From a virus, in IMG/VR virus record IMGVR_UViG_3300030103_003222, positions 18,762 through 82,761 of that record: a DNA stretch of 64,000 bases. One strand, written 5' to 3'. A program made the translations under genes and the position numbers. The notes under the pieces were generated by a model, which searched no databases, was not told the origin of the DNA, and saw nothing but the letters and a program-made list of their open reading frames with translations. Position 1 is the first letter of the stretch. Each line of letters opens with the position of its first letter. Below, in pieces: positions 6,801 through 14,007 of this stretch.

Positions 6801-9693
6801 AAGCGAGTTTGACCCATCGAAAGATGACTTCAGCAGACGCGCGCATGTGAACAAGAAGTTCGACATGGACATGGCTGCTGTGACTTCTCGCGCTCGTCAG
6901 ATGTTTCAGTCTGCGCTCAAGACGCATCCTGAACACTTCAACCCAAACAACCCACAGTTCATCCCTAACGTCGTTCAGTTGTTCCATGCTGCTGAGAAGG
7001 ACCTTCTCATGAACGGAGGTGAACAACATGGACTCAAGACGTGGGGCTACGCAGTCGGGGAAAAGCCGGGTGCCTCGCTTGAAGAAGAGATTGGTGGCGA
7101 CCTTTCTTCTTCACCTGCGAAGGTGTTGGCTCACGGACTGAATCTCGTCAACGAAGATATGCGCATTAACATGAACTCCTCGAACGCTCGCATTCTCGAC
7201 GTGCTTCGGATTCCCGAGGACCAGCGCGACCAAGCCCATATCGAAATGGCTGAGCGCATCAAAGAGCAGTTAGAAGGCCACACTGAGAACGCCGTCATCA
7301 TGACTGTCGGTGAGGCACTTCGACAGGGCATTTCACCAAAGGTGCAGACAAGTCGAGGCGTTCAAACCATTCCTGCCCCTTACGACATGGAGACTCCTGA
7401 CGCTGAAGGTCCTGTTGACCACTGGGCAGCCAGCAAGGCACACTACCGTGGCCTCATCCCATTGAAGAAAGAAGTCGGGGAGACGGCGTATAAGCGAGCG
7501 CGGCGTCAGGCAGACGCTTGGGCGAAAGGCGCCGCTCGCAACATCCCTCGATATTTCACTGAGCATCGACAACTTGGTTTGTTTGGTGATGACCGCAAAC
7601 AGGAAGCGGAGCAGCATGGCCTCATGATGGTGCCACTCGAACGCCAGTTTCAAGGCACGGACAGAACGGGAATTGCGCTCGCGCAGCATGAGATTGAGAA
7701 CGCCATGCACGCCGTGCTGATGTTCTCACCCGGACATCCCGGCTTCGACCCCGCCGTGATGCAGGGAGCCAAGAAGGCCACCATGGGCAACGTGAAACAC
7801 GCTGAGTGGCAAGAAGTCCCAGTCGGTCCTGTGCACCCTGATTCACAAGGCGTCATCAACACTCATTACACGGGCGGTCTGATGGACCGAGGTGTTGTCA
7901 TCGCTCCCCCGTCCATCGGTTTCTCTGTAGGGAAGGGACGAGAGCCGACCGTTGGCACCAACATCGTGGGCGATGTCCGCCGCGTTCTTCCCAGTAAGGA
8001 GCAGATGGCGATGGTCACTGGAGCCGAGATGACCGAGACGGCTCTCAACAATGGCTTCCCATATGTGCAGCAACAAGCCCAGCACTTCTCTGTCGACCCG
8101 TTCACAGGCACCGCGCCCGTAGACGGCGGCTATGACCTCATTCACACCAGCGACCCTGTCGAGACACTGATGGTGCTTCTTGACCCTCAAGCCCTGCTGA
8201 AGAGTGATGAAAGCCGGCCACCGCCTGTGTTGGCGATGCACCGCATTTTTGCTCTACGCGACCTCGACTCGTTGCGTGGCTTCAGCGATGACTGGGCTGT
8301 TTCGGGCCTTCCCCGTGGTGAGCGCCTTATCGTCAAGCGCGAAAGTGACGATGTCACAGCGTATGACGAAGGTGGGGAGGATGTAAAACTCAAGCCTGCT
8401 GACGTCAAGCAGTTCAAGGCCTTGGCCGACAGCGACTACGTGATTGACGTTGTGCGGGCAAAGAAGGAGTTCGTCGTCTATGACCTGCTGTCCTATGACG
8501 ACAACAATGTGTCGGACATGCTGTTGCGTGAGCGCATCAAACTCTTGCGCGCTCAATTCGACAGCCACGAGCACGTCATTGTCCCCGGCCCGCACAATTT
8601 CCGCATGACCGACCGTGAAGGGCTTGAAGCCGTGGTCGAGGCCTTGTCACCTGACCACGATTACCTGATGCTACGCGATGCGACTTCGACTTACATGAAG
8701 GGAGAGCGACGCCATCCGAAGTGGTTTATGCTCCGCAAAGACAAGGTCTTGTCCTTCATGGTGCTCGACGCTCGTGGGAAAGGACCGTTCGTCTATCGCC
8801 TCGGTGCTGGACCTGTCGACGCTGAGGACAGCGGGAACCGTGTGGTCGAACACGAAGGTAAGCACTACGTTGACGTCGGCACGGTGCGCAGCCCCAAGCC
8901 ATTCAATGAAGGCGACGTCATCCAAGTCCGCGTGTCTGGTGTTCGCGTTAAGCGCGACAACAAGACCTACGACGTCACCGTGTCCAATGTGAAAGGCACG
9001 AGTGAGGACGAGTCCCCCGCTTCGCTGGAAACACTCAGTCTTCTGACCAAGTCCCATCCCATTATCGCCGTGCCCTTCGACGTCACCATGGGTAGCGAAC
9101 GGCTAACGCTGGACATCTCCGAAGTGGACAGCATCACGTATCGCTTGGAGAAATCACAACACGGTGTGTGGGCCATTGAGGGGCGTGCAGCGCTCGGTGC
9201 TGTGCAAAAGAGCGACTACGCCATGCGCCTCGCAGAAAGTCTGCGACCTCTGTGGATGGAAGCAGCGGCTCTCATCTCAAAGGGAACAGAGAAAGTCCGT
9301 AGCATGACCGAACCCAAGAATCAACGGCAATCGGCCAAAGAGTCTGCGGGTATCATCGAGGAAGACGATGAAGAGGCCATCCTCAAGCCAAAGAAGGTCG
9401 AGGTGATGGCTAAGACGCTGATGCGAATTGCCGACTTGATGGACCGCATCGAGAAAGAGCGCATGACTGGCGGTCCCGGTGCCCGTGGCTTCTCGTTTGA
9501 CGCAGGGAGTCAGGTTGAGTCGCCTCGTGGACCCACTCGTTTGACCTCCGAAGAGTCGCTACCTGACTGGGACATGAAGGAGCGCCCCACTGAGGACCCC
9601 GAGGAAGAATACCCTGAAGCGCGTCGTAAGCGTCTGAAAGACAAAAATGAGCGGCAGTCTACCGATTTGGAAGAAAACGTCGACTCATATTGA
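3892..9693 (+). CDS. 1933-aa head-region protein: large unknown N-terminal region plus a degenerate ATP-dependent DNA ligase-like domain (approx. 8203-9051)
   Basis: Ligase-like segments 'WAVSGLPRGERLIV', 'FVVYDLLSYDDNNVSDMLLRERIKLL' and 'YLMLRDATSTYMKGERRHPKWFMLRK', then an OB-like beta region. GGGGTGA RBS with a GTG start. Confidence 0.75.
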   Translation: MEEDPAEVYIRARNDLLKSAVDFHDYEDNIANYAFAKLSLEHHGIEFEPLWEDRLCESILKSAFRTKLDAEPALSENALLDLQVNNPELAREYAEALGELKDARNAMSGSVSVDEMLSFGKLSDRVAALEAQVTGRSTEQQKEEGALGGNISDEAARIPQHTFSDRIVEHSLRDIHRMWPQVKPIGRYDESFLSDGHGLLSYDPTDPTGRPMWARLLRGFYLPQPYQKGDKNLRMSLAERYASAELAHLKANKGKRAFEPRKRSGAEDEEHIPHFGPLMSTSHAVYEQAYQAWRQSRGGKLSELMVFADTENPVERDYRMREEHFKAVEDHAWFSTGIGGNVDPKSTMSQEEIAERGINDPESLEEYDIDHGFGIWPYLLGLDFLPPADMHRVLKHIDEHGTDKADQQIVKLSGPVPFIDMGRVKRDFAQRFTPLFHAAARNAHHPGATMRKRNEGSRLTDARGFEGLERDNLFYALSHTPHPSNPDRTLRDFVNERFSRYMNPGDTEDDVVDENYPIPNITAALAKNMEGNTPEENRELLGRLKPAYAHSEHSVNWFLGRDKDGALINDHPLYPDATDANHPAGQEDLIERLHDASDELTDAVMSSKFSRDIDAFYHLGNNVPSLDDIPESERESWLRADDGSLLGLAHYWGKPFHYEGGYGKHPKMLIEMLHQMWPGERSPFGQLEGGRITPNEDALGLTSRYISMGFAPETQHAGSPRVQLSFFNASQPRSETAKRRSRTRNQAAFHGKVSTSPAYSNSVAGKSDDEIRQVTGGKVQKFSLDNTGWTTGDSYGAIGSKQRFTMRERASRWWHWLATRMRTGSGEIPDKFHSQQEMEAGNVERTRGTKREFDRLQGWADKDKTSSKKFAEMLDEAGHDEAVDEITLNHLSDTQLALEEALQEEFSSSFKDEIGNASSEEVQALIAGVEDPNKRADMMRRFREIYDSSGIVDAHREFDEMMESYERVGESEFDPSKDDFSRRAHVNKKFDMDMAAVTSRARQMFQSALKTHPEHFNPNNPQFIPNVVQLFHAAEKDLLMNGGEQHGLKTWGYAVGEKPGASLEEEIGGDLSSSPAKVLAHGLNLVNEDMRINMNSSNARILDVLRIPEDQRDQAHIEMAERIKEQLEGHTENAVIMTVGEALRQGISPKVQTSRGVQTIPAPYDMETPDAEGPVDHWAASKAHYRGLIPLKKEVGETAYKRARRQADAWAKGAARNIPRYFTEHRQLGLFGDDRKQEAEQHGLMMVPLERQFQGTDRTGIALAQHEIENAMHAVLMFSPGHPGFDPAVMQGAKKATMGNVKHAEWQEVPVGPVHPDSQGVINTHYTGGLMDRGVVIAPPSIGFSVGKGREPTVGTNIVGDVRRVLPSKEQMAMVTGAEMTETALNNGFPYVQQQAQHFSVDPFTGTAPVDGGYDLIHTSDPVETLMVLLDPQALLKSDESRPPPVLAMHRIFALRDLDSLRGFSDDWAVSGLPRGERLIVKRESDDVTAYDEGGEDVKLKPADVKQFKALADSDYVIDVVRAKKEFVVYDLLSYDDNNVSDMLLRERIKLLRAQFDSHEHVIVPGPHNFRMTDREGLEAVVEALSPDHDYLMLRDATSTYMKGERRHPKWFMLRKDKVLSFMVLDARGKGPFVYRLGAGPVDAEDSGNRVVEHEGKHYVDVGTVRSPKPFNEGDVIQVRVSGVRVKRDNKTYDVTVSNVKGTSEDESPASLETLSLLTKSHPIIAVPFDVTMGSERLTLDISEVDSITYRLEKSQHGVWAIEGRAALGAVQKSDYAMRLAESLRPLWMEAAALISKGTEKVRSMTEPKNQRQSAKESAGIIEEDDEEAILKPKKVEVMAKTLMRIADLMDRIEKERMTGGPGARGFSFDAGSQVESPRGPTRLTSEESLPDWDMKERPTEDPEEEYPEARRKRLKDKNERQSTDLEENVDSY

Positions 9694-9700
9694 TGCCGCC

Positions 9701-9712
9701 TTATTTATGTAG
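9701..9712 (+). promoter_or_regulatory. Candidate archaeal TATA-like late promoter upstream of the protease-capsid operon
   Basis: TTATTTATGTAG, a rare AT-rich patch in a GC-rich genome, about 26-37 nt upstream of the GTG at 9738. Confidence 0.5.
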
Positions 9713-9737
9713 GTGAACACACCAACGGGGGATTAGT

Positions 9738-11114
9738 GTGCTACTCCGAAGCAGCAATCAGTCCGGCCTCACTCTCCTCAAGGGGAGCAGTGACCTCGTC
9801 GTTGCTGGCTATGCTTCAGTAGAACTCGTAGACAAACAGGGGGACTTGATTACACGGTCGGCGCTTAAGGACGCGTTCAAGAAGTTCATGTCCGACCCCA
9901 AGTATTCAAACGTCCAATTAGCACACTCAAACATTCAAGTCGGAGAAGTAATACCGTCATACACAGACAACGAAGGGAGGTTTTGGAAGAGCGAGGTTGA
10001 TGATGCGGGAATGTTCGTCGTCGTCAAACTGAGAAATGACATCGAGAAAGCCCGAGAAGTGGCCGCCGAGATTCGTAAAGGAAACCTTGCAGGATTCAGC
10101 ATCGGGGGACAAGCGTTCAAGCGAGTTCACAAAGCAGACGCGAATCACGGCTCATATCAGGAAATCTCCAAACTCGAACTTCACGAAATCACAATCTGCG
10201 AAAAAGGAATCAACCCCGAAGCCACATTCAAAATCCTAAAGGAAGACACTGAAAACAACAAGGTGAGTAAAATGACTGACGATGTAATGAACCAAATGAA
10301 CAGCGTGTTGGAGCGACTGGAAGGTCGCCTCGATGACATGGAAAAGGGCATGCCTCCTCAACTGAAGGAGCACATGGAAGACAAGAAGTCCAAGAAGGAC
10401 GACAAGGAAAAGGCCGCATATAAGGCTGAAGCCGAAGAGGACGAGAAGGAGAAGAAGGACGAGAAGAAGAAGTCCGAGTTCTCCGACGTCATCACGGCCG
10501 AATACCTCGACTGGATGGAGAACACCCTCAAGTCCGCTGGTGTGGACACTGATGGTGCTCGCGCCCACTTCGACGGCATCACCAAGGCCAACCTCGGCTC
10601 CACCCCCGAGTCCATCGGTGACGGCGCTTCCTACTTTGCTGGGCAGGTCAACGGCCGTGCTCAGGAAGGCGGCTCCCCGTCCACCAACGCTCTTGCTCGC
10701 GCCGGCCTCTCTCGTGGCGGCGGCGGCGAAGTCAGCAAGGGTGACTTCCTCACCTCCATTGACCCCGTCAGCGCCGAAGAGGCCTACGAGGTCTTCAAGG
10801 CCGCTAAGCAGGAAGAAGAACTCCGCAAGGCCCTTGAAGGAAACTTTGAGCAGCGCTACACTCATGAGCGCACGGTCGAAGTTCAGAAGGCTCAGGCCCA
10901 AGCGTTTGACCCTCGCGGTCCCCTCGATGAAGTCATGAAGGCGCTCGGCGCCCTCAATGAGCGCATCGACAACCTGTCTACCGGCGGCGGCACCACGCTC
11001 GCCAAGTCGGCTGACGCTGCCCCGACGGTCGCTGTCCCTGAGACGGCTGACCTCGCCAGCATGTCATGGGATGAGGTCCACTCGCTCGCGAACCGAGCGA
11101 TTCGTGGAGAGTGA
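9738..11114 (+). CDS. Prohead (HK97-like) maturation protease fused to a C-terminal scaffold
   Basis: 'VVAGYASVELVDKQGDLI', 'AHSNIQVG' (His), 'GFSIGG' (Ser) and 'LHEITICEKGINPEA'. Charged coiled-coil C-half. Lies directly upstream of the MCP. Confidence 0.9.
   Translation: MLLRSSNQSGLTLLKGSSDLVVAGYASVELVDKQGDLITRSALKDAFKKFMSDPKYSNVQLAHSNIQVGEVIPSYTDNEGRFWKSEVDDAGMFVVVKLRNDIEKAREVAAEIRKGNLAGFSIGGQAFKRVHKADANHGSYQEISKLELHEITICEKGINPEATFKILKEDTENNKVSKMTDDVMNQMNSVLERLEGRLDDMEKGMPPQLKEHMEDKKSKKDDKEKAAYKAEAEEDEKEKKDEKKKSEFSDVITAEYLDWMENTLKSAGVDTDGARAHFDGITKANLGSTPESIGDGASYFAGQVNGRAQEGGSPSTNALARAGLSRGGGGEVSKGDFLTSIDPVSAEEAYEVFKAAKQEEELRKALEGNFEQRYTHERTVEVQKAQAQAFDPRGPLDEVMKALGALNERIDNLSTGGGTTLAKSADAAPTVAVPETADLASMSWDEVHSLANRAIRGE
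10272..11114 (+). CDS. Putative in-frame, internally initiated scaffold protein
   Basis: aaaacaacaAGGTGAgtaaaATG: an AC-rich leader, SD and in-frame ATG immediately after the protease domain. Confidence 0.6.
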   Translation: MTDDVMNQMNSVLERLEGRLDDMEKGMPPQLKEHMEDKKSKKDDKEKAAYKAEAEEDEKEKKDEKKKSEFSDVITAEYLDWMENTLKSAGVDTDGARAHFDGITKANLGSTPESIGDGASYFAGQVNGRAQEGGSPSTNALARAGLSRGGGGEVSKGDFLTSIDPVSAEEAYEVFKAAKQEEELRKALEGNFEQRYTHERTVEVQKAQAQAFDPRGPLDEVMKALGALNERIDNLSTGGGTTLAKSADAAPTVAVPETADLASMSWDEVHSLANRAIRGE

Positions 11115-11150
11115 GCAATCACCAAACACACAAAATGAGGAGTGAATAAT

Positions 11151-12329
11151 ATGGCACGAAACTACGTCCGAACTGTTACCGACATGGAGCGCTATTACTA
11201 CGGCGCCGGAAACGCGATGGGATATTCCTACAGCGGCTCTGAATTGCTCAAGGCTGACGCACCGATGCTGTCCACCACTGGTGGCACCTATCAGGCCATC
11301 TACGGCCGCAAAGTGTGGTCCCAATTGAACCAAGAGTTCAACGCCTTCTCCATCCTTCCCAAGAAGCCTTGGGAGCGAAGTGGATGGCGCGTCATCACCG
11401 CCAAGCCTAACGGCGGCTCTCTGAGCGGCGGAATCGCTGAGAACGGCACCCTGCCGGAAACCATCAAGCCTACCTTCCAGCACGTTGCTGCGAAGCCCAA
11501 GACCATCGCTCACACCTTCGACCTGAGCGAAGTCGCCATCTTCTTGTCCGACAAGGACGACGGCCTCGGTGACATGCGCGCCGTGATGAAGGAAGAGATG
11601 GGTAAGCACCACGCTGAGATGGTGAACCTGATGCTCACCACCGACGTCAGCACCGTTGCGGGCAACAACTTCGAGTCCCTCGACCGCATTACCGCTGCCG
11701 ACGGTGGCTCCAGCCCCTCCAACAACGCTGGTCTGAAGACGGCTGGCGGCAACCAACACGTTGACGCCGCCTCCGACCTCGACATCTACAGCATCGCCCG
11801 CGCCTCAAACTCGTGGTCCCACGCTGAGATGAACTGCGCCAACGACACCACGGCGGGCAACAAGCGTGTGCTCTCCCTCGACTTGCTCGACACGATGTTC
11901 CAGCAGATGTGGGAGCGCGGTGGCAACCCCAAGGTCATCCTGACGGGCTACGACACCCTGATGCGCCTCCAGCAACTCTTGCAGGCGCAGCAGCGCTTCA
12001 TGGAAGAGAAGCGTGTGACGCCCACCTACAACGGTGTGAAGGGTGTTCCCGGTATCGAAGCCGGTTTCATCGTCGCTACCTACAACGGTGTGCCCATCAT
12101 CCCCTCGAAGGACGTCAACGACGACGATGGCCTCGCCCGCATGTATTTCCTCGACACTGACTACCTCTACTTCAGCACGGCCATCCCCACGCAATACTTC
12201 GAGTCCGGCATCGAGACTGGCGACCCATTCGCCATCAACCGTCTTGGTCAGGAAGGCCTCTACCGCACGATGGGCGAGGTTTGGACGACTTTCTTTGGAG
12301 CGCAGGGCCAAATCCGCGACCTTAAGTGA
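11151..12329 (+). CDS. Major capsid protein (HK97 fold)
   Basis: Follows the protease. Strong C-ending codon bias. 'IAENGTLPETIKPTF', 'FESLDRI' and 'YNGVPIIPSKD...MYFLDTDYL'. GAGGAGTGA RBS before ATG 11151. Confidence 0.9.
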   Translation: MARNYVRTVTDMERYYYGAGNAMGYSYSGSELLKADAPMLSTTGGTYQAIYGRKVWSQLNQEFNAFSILPKKPWERSGWRVITAKPNGGSLSGGIAENGTLPETIKPTFQHVAAKPKTIAHTFDLSEVAIFLSDKDDGLGDMRAVMKEEMGKHHAEMVNLMLTTDVSTVAGNNFESLDRITAADGGSSPSNNAGLKTAGGNQHVDAASDLDIYSIARASNSWSHAEMNCANDTTAGNKRVLSLDLLDTMFQQMWERGGNPKVILTGYDTLMRLQQLLQAQQRFMEEKRVTPTYNGVKGVPGIEAGFIVATYNGVPIIPSKDVNDDDGLARMYFLDTDYLYFSTAIPTQYFESGIETGDPFAINRLGQEGLYRTMGEVWTTFFGAQGQIRDLK

Positions 12330-12360
12330 ACACAAAAAAAACAACACGGAGTGATTAAAC

Positions 12361-12783
12361 ATGGAAGAACTTACACTGTCTGGAACTGCAACTGCGACCC
12401 TTGTGGGCGCATGGGAACTTCGCGCTGGCTCTCAGTCCACCACCGAGTGGCAAGACGGAGCCGCTGACACCTCCTACCCCGGAGGCGGTCCCGGCACCTT
12501 TAGTGCTGTGAACAGCGACGGAGCGAACGGCTACGACCCCGCCCCGAAGATGGCTCTGATTTCCCTCACTGGAGTGGCGGACAACGAAACCGTCATCCTT
12601 GGAGGAGGAATCTCCTCTATCTACGCGGCCTTCATCCAAGAGAACGACGCTACGCCTGTCAACGACGCTCACGGGAGCAACAACATGGCGCTTGACATCT
12701 CGCGGAGTGGAACCACCGTCACGCTTCACGTTGTTGGCGGAGCCGCTGACATCATCGCTGACTTGATGGTCCTCTATTCGTGA
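12361..12783 (+). CDS. Putative capsid decoration/minor structural protein (140 aa)
   Basis: Directly after the MCP, with an AC-rich leader and GGAGTGA RBS. Small-residue, beta-rich composition. Confidence 0.6.
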   Translation: MEELTLSGTATATLVGAWELRAGSQSTTEWQDGAADTSYPGGGPGTFSAVNSDGANGYDPAPKMALISLTGVADNETVILGGGISSIYAAFIQENDATPVNDAHGSNNMALDISRSGTTVTLHVVGGAADIIADLMVLYS

Positions 12784-12793
12784 GGTGGGCTGA

Positions 12794-13198
12794 GTGCCGA
12801 CCATTACCTACATCGGTAGGCGCTTCCAAAAGCGCTGCGTCGACCCGTCGCATCCAAACTGGATTCGTGGCGAATCACGTGAGGTCACGGCTGCTTGGCT
12901 TGACCGCTACATGCCGAGGGTCGACATGACCCATTACGTCATCGAAGGCTGGGAGCCGAAGGTTCCCGAGGCTGAAACGGTTGACGCTGGCAACGACGGC
13001 GTCCCTGACGAGGGCTGGAACCGCAAGGACATCGCTACGTGGCTCGCTGGCTACGACATCAAGCCCAAGGGCTACGCAACCAAATCCACACTGCTCGAAC
13101 TCGTCGCTACTGTTATGAGTCCTGACGGTGTGGCCGAGACTGAAGAGATGGTGGCCGAGTCCGCTGAATCTGAAGAAGAATCCACAGAGAGTGAGTGA
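12794..13198 (+). CDS. Hypothetical protein with a C-terminal HeH/LEM-like helix pair
   Basis: 'WNRKDIATWLAGYDIKPKGYATKSTLLELV' resembles helix-extended-helix domains. GAGGTG RBS. Confidence 0.6.
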   Translation: MPTITYIGRRFQKRCVDPSHPNWIRGESREVTAAWLDRYMPRVDMTHYVIEGWEPKVPEAETVDAGNDGVPDEGWNRKDIATWLAGYDIKPKGYATKSTLLELVATVMSPDGVAETEEMVAESAESEEESTESE

Positions 13199-13200
13199 AC

Positions 13201-13512
13201 ATGACGACGCTAACGATTGACCCCCGACCAACCTACTTTGGCGACCGCATGATTGTGACCGGCTCCTATGCTGCCGGACGCACTGAAATCGCTCTTGGCA
13301 GCCTTCTCGCAAGCATTGACGCGTTCATCCTGAACCCGTCCGCAGTCACCGCTCAGGTGGTTGACACGACGCCTGCTGACGACGGCGGCACTGCCGGCAC
13401 CCTGAATCTCTTGGACGTCGCGACCGTTGACGGGACCACTGTGACCATCGCCGGGGCTGCGGCAGGAACGACTGTTGCTGGCACTTTCCTTGCTATCGGT
13501 CGCCGCTCCTGA
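13201..13512 (+). CDS. Small virion structural protein (103 aa)
   Basis: Thr/Ala/Gly-rich beta protein in the head-neck cluster. Confidence 0.65.
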   Translation: MTTLTIDPRPTYFGDRMIVTGSYAAGRTEIALGSLLASIDAFILNPSAVTAQVVDTTPADDGGTAGTLNLLDVATVDGTTVTIAGAAAGTTVAGTFLAIGRRS

Positions 13513-13525
13513 AGGCGGTGATTGA

Positions 13526-13699
13526 TTGGCAAAGACCGTGACCATTCTCGGCCCCTTCGCGCAGAAGGACTTCAACAACTCCACTGCACGCACGGTTGTC
13601 GAGACGGCCATTAGCACCGCTATTGGCTCCAACACCTGCGTGTCGGCTGACCCACATCTCATCCTCGGGAACATCTACATCTTTGTGACGACTTCCTGA
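13526..13699 (+). CDS. Small protein (57 aa, MAKTVTILGPF...IYIFVTTS), not in the ORF track
   Basis: GGCGGTGA RBS, TTG start, in-frame TGA at 13697-13699. Fills the gap between neighbouring genes. Confidence 0.7.
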   Translation: MAKTVTILGPFAQKDFNNSTARTVVETAISTAIGSNTCVSADPHLILGNIYIFVTTS

Positions 13700-13701
13700 G
13701 T

Positions 13702-14007
13702 GTGATGGGTATGGGCTTTGAACTGGCGAGCATCGACTTCGATGACATCAGCCGGATGCAAAAGCAAGCCGTCCGCTCCGACGTGGCTCTTGCACCTGAG
13801 ATGGTGAACCCTGAAGACCCTCTCAAGGGCGTAGTCAAAGAACAGCGCAACCGCAACAGCGAGATTGGCGATGTTCTCAACATCGGCTCAGGGACGCGCT
13901 GCAAGCACTGCGGCATGCTGCACTTCATGTGGCGTGAGAACTGCGGCTCTTGCGGCAAGCCCATGGAGTATAACCTCGGCCACCGTGATGAGGGGGCAAG
14001 AGAGTAA
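13702..14007 (+). CDS. Zn-ribbon protein (start may be 13705 or 13711)
   Basis: CKHCG...CGSCG motif. The stop overlaps the next start (TAATG). Confidence 0.75.
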   Translation: MMGMGFELASIDFDDISRMQKQAVRSDVALAPEMVNPEDPLKGVVKEQRNRNSEIGDVLNIGSGTRCKHCGMLHFMWRENCGSCGKPMEYNLGHRDEGARE

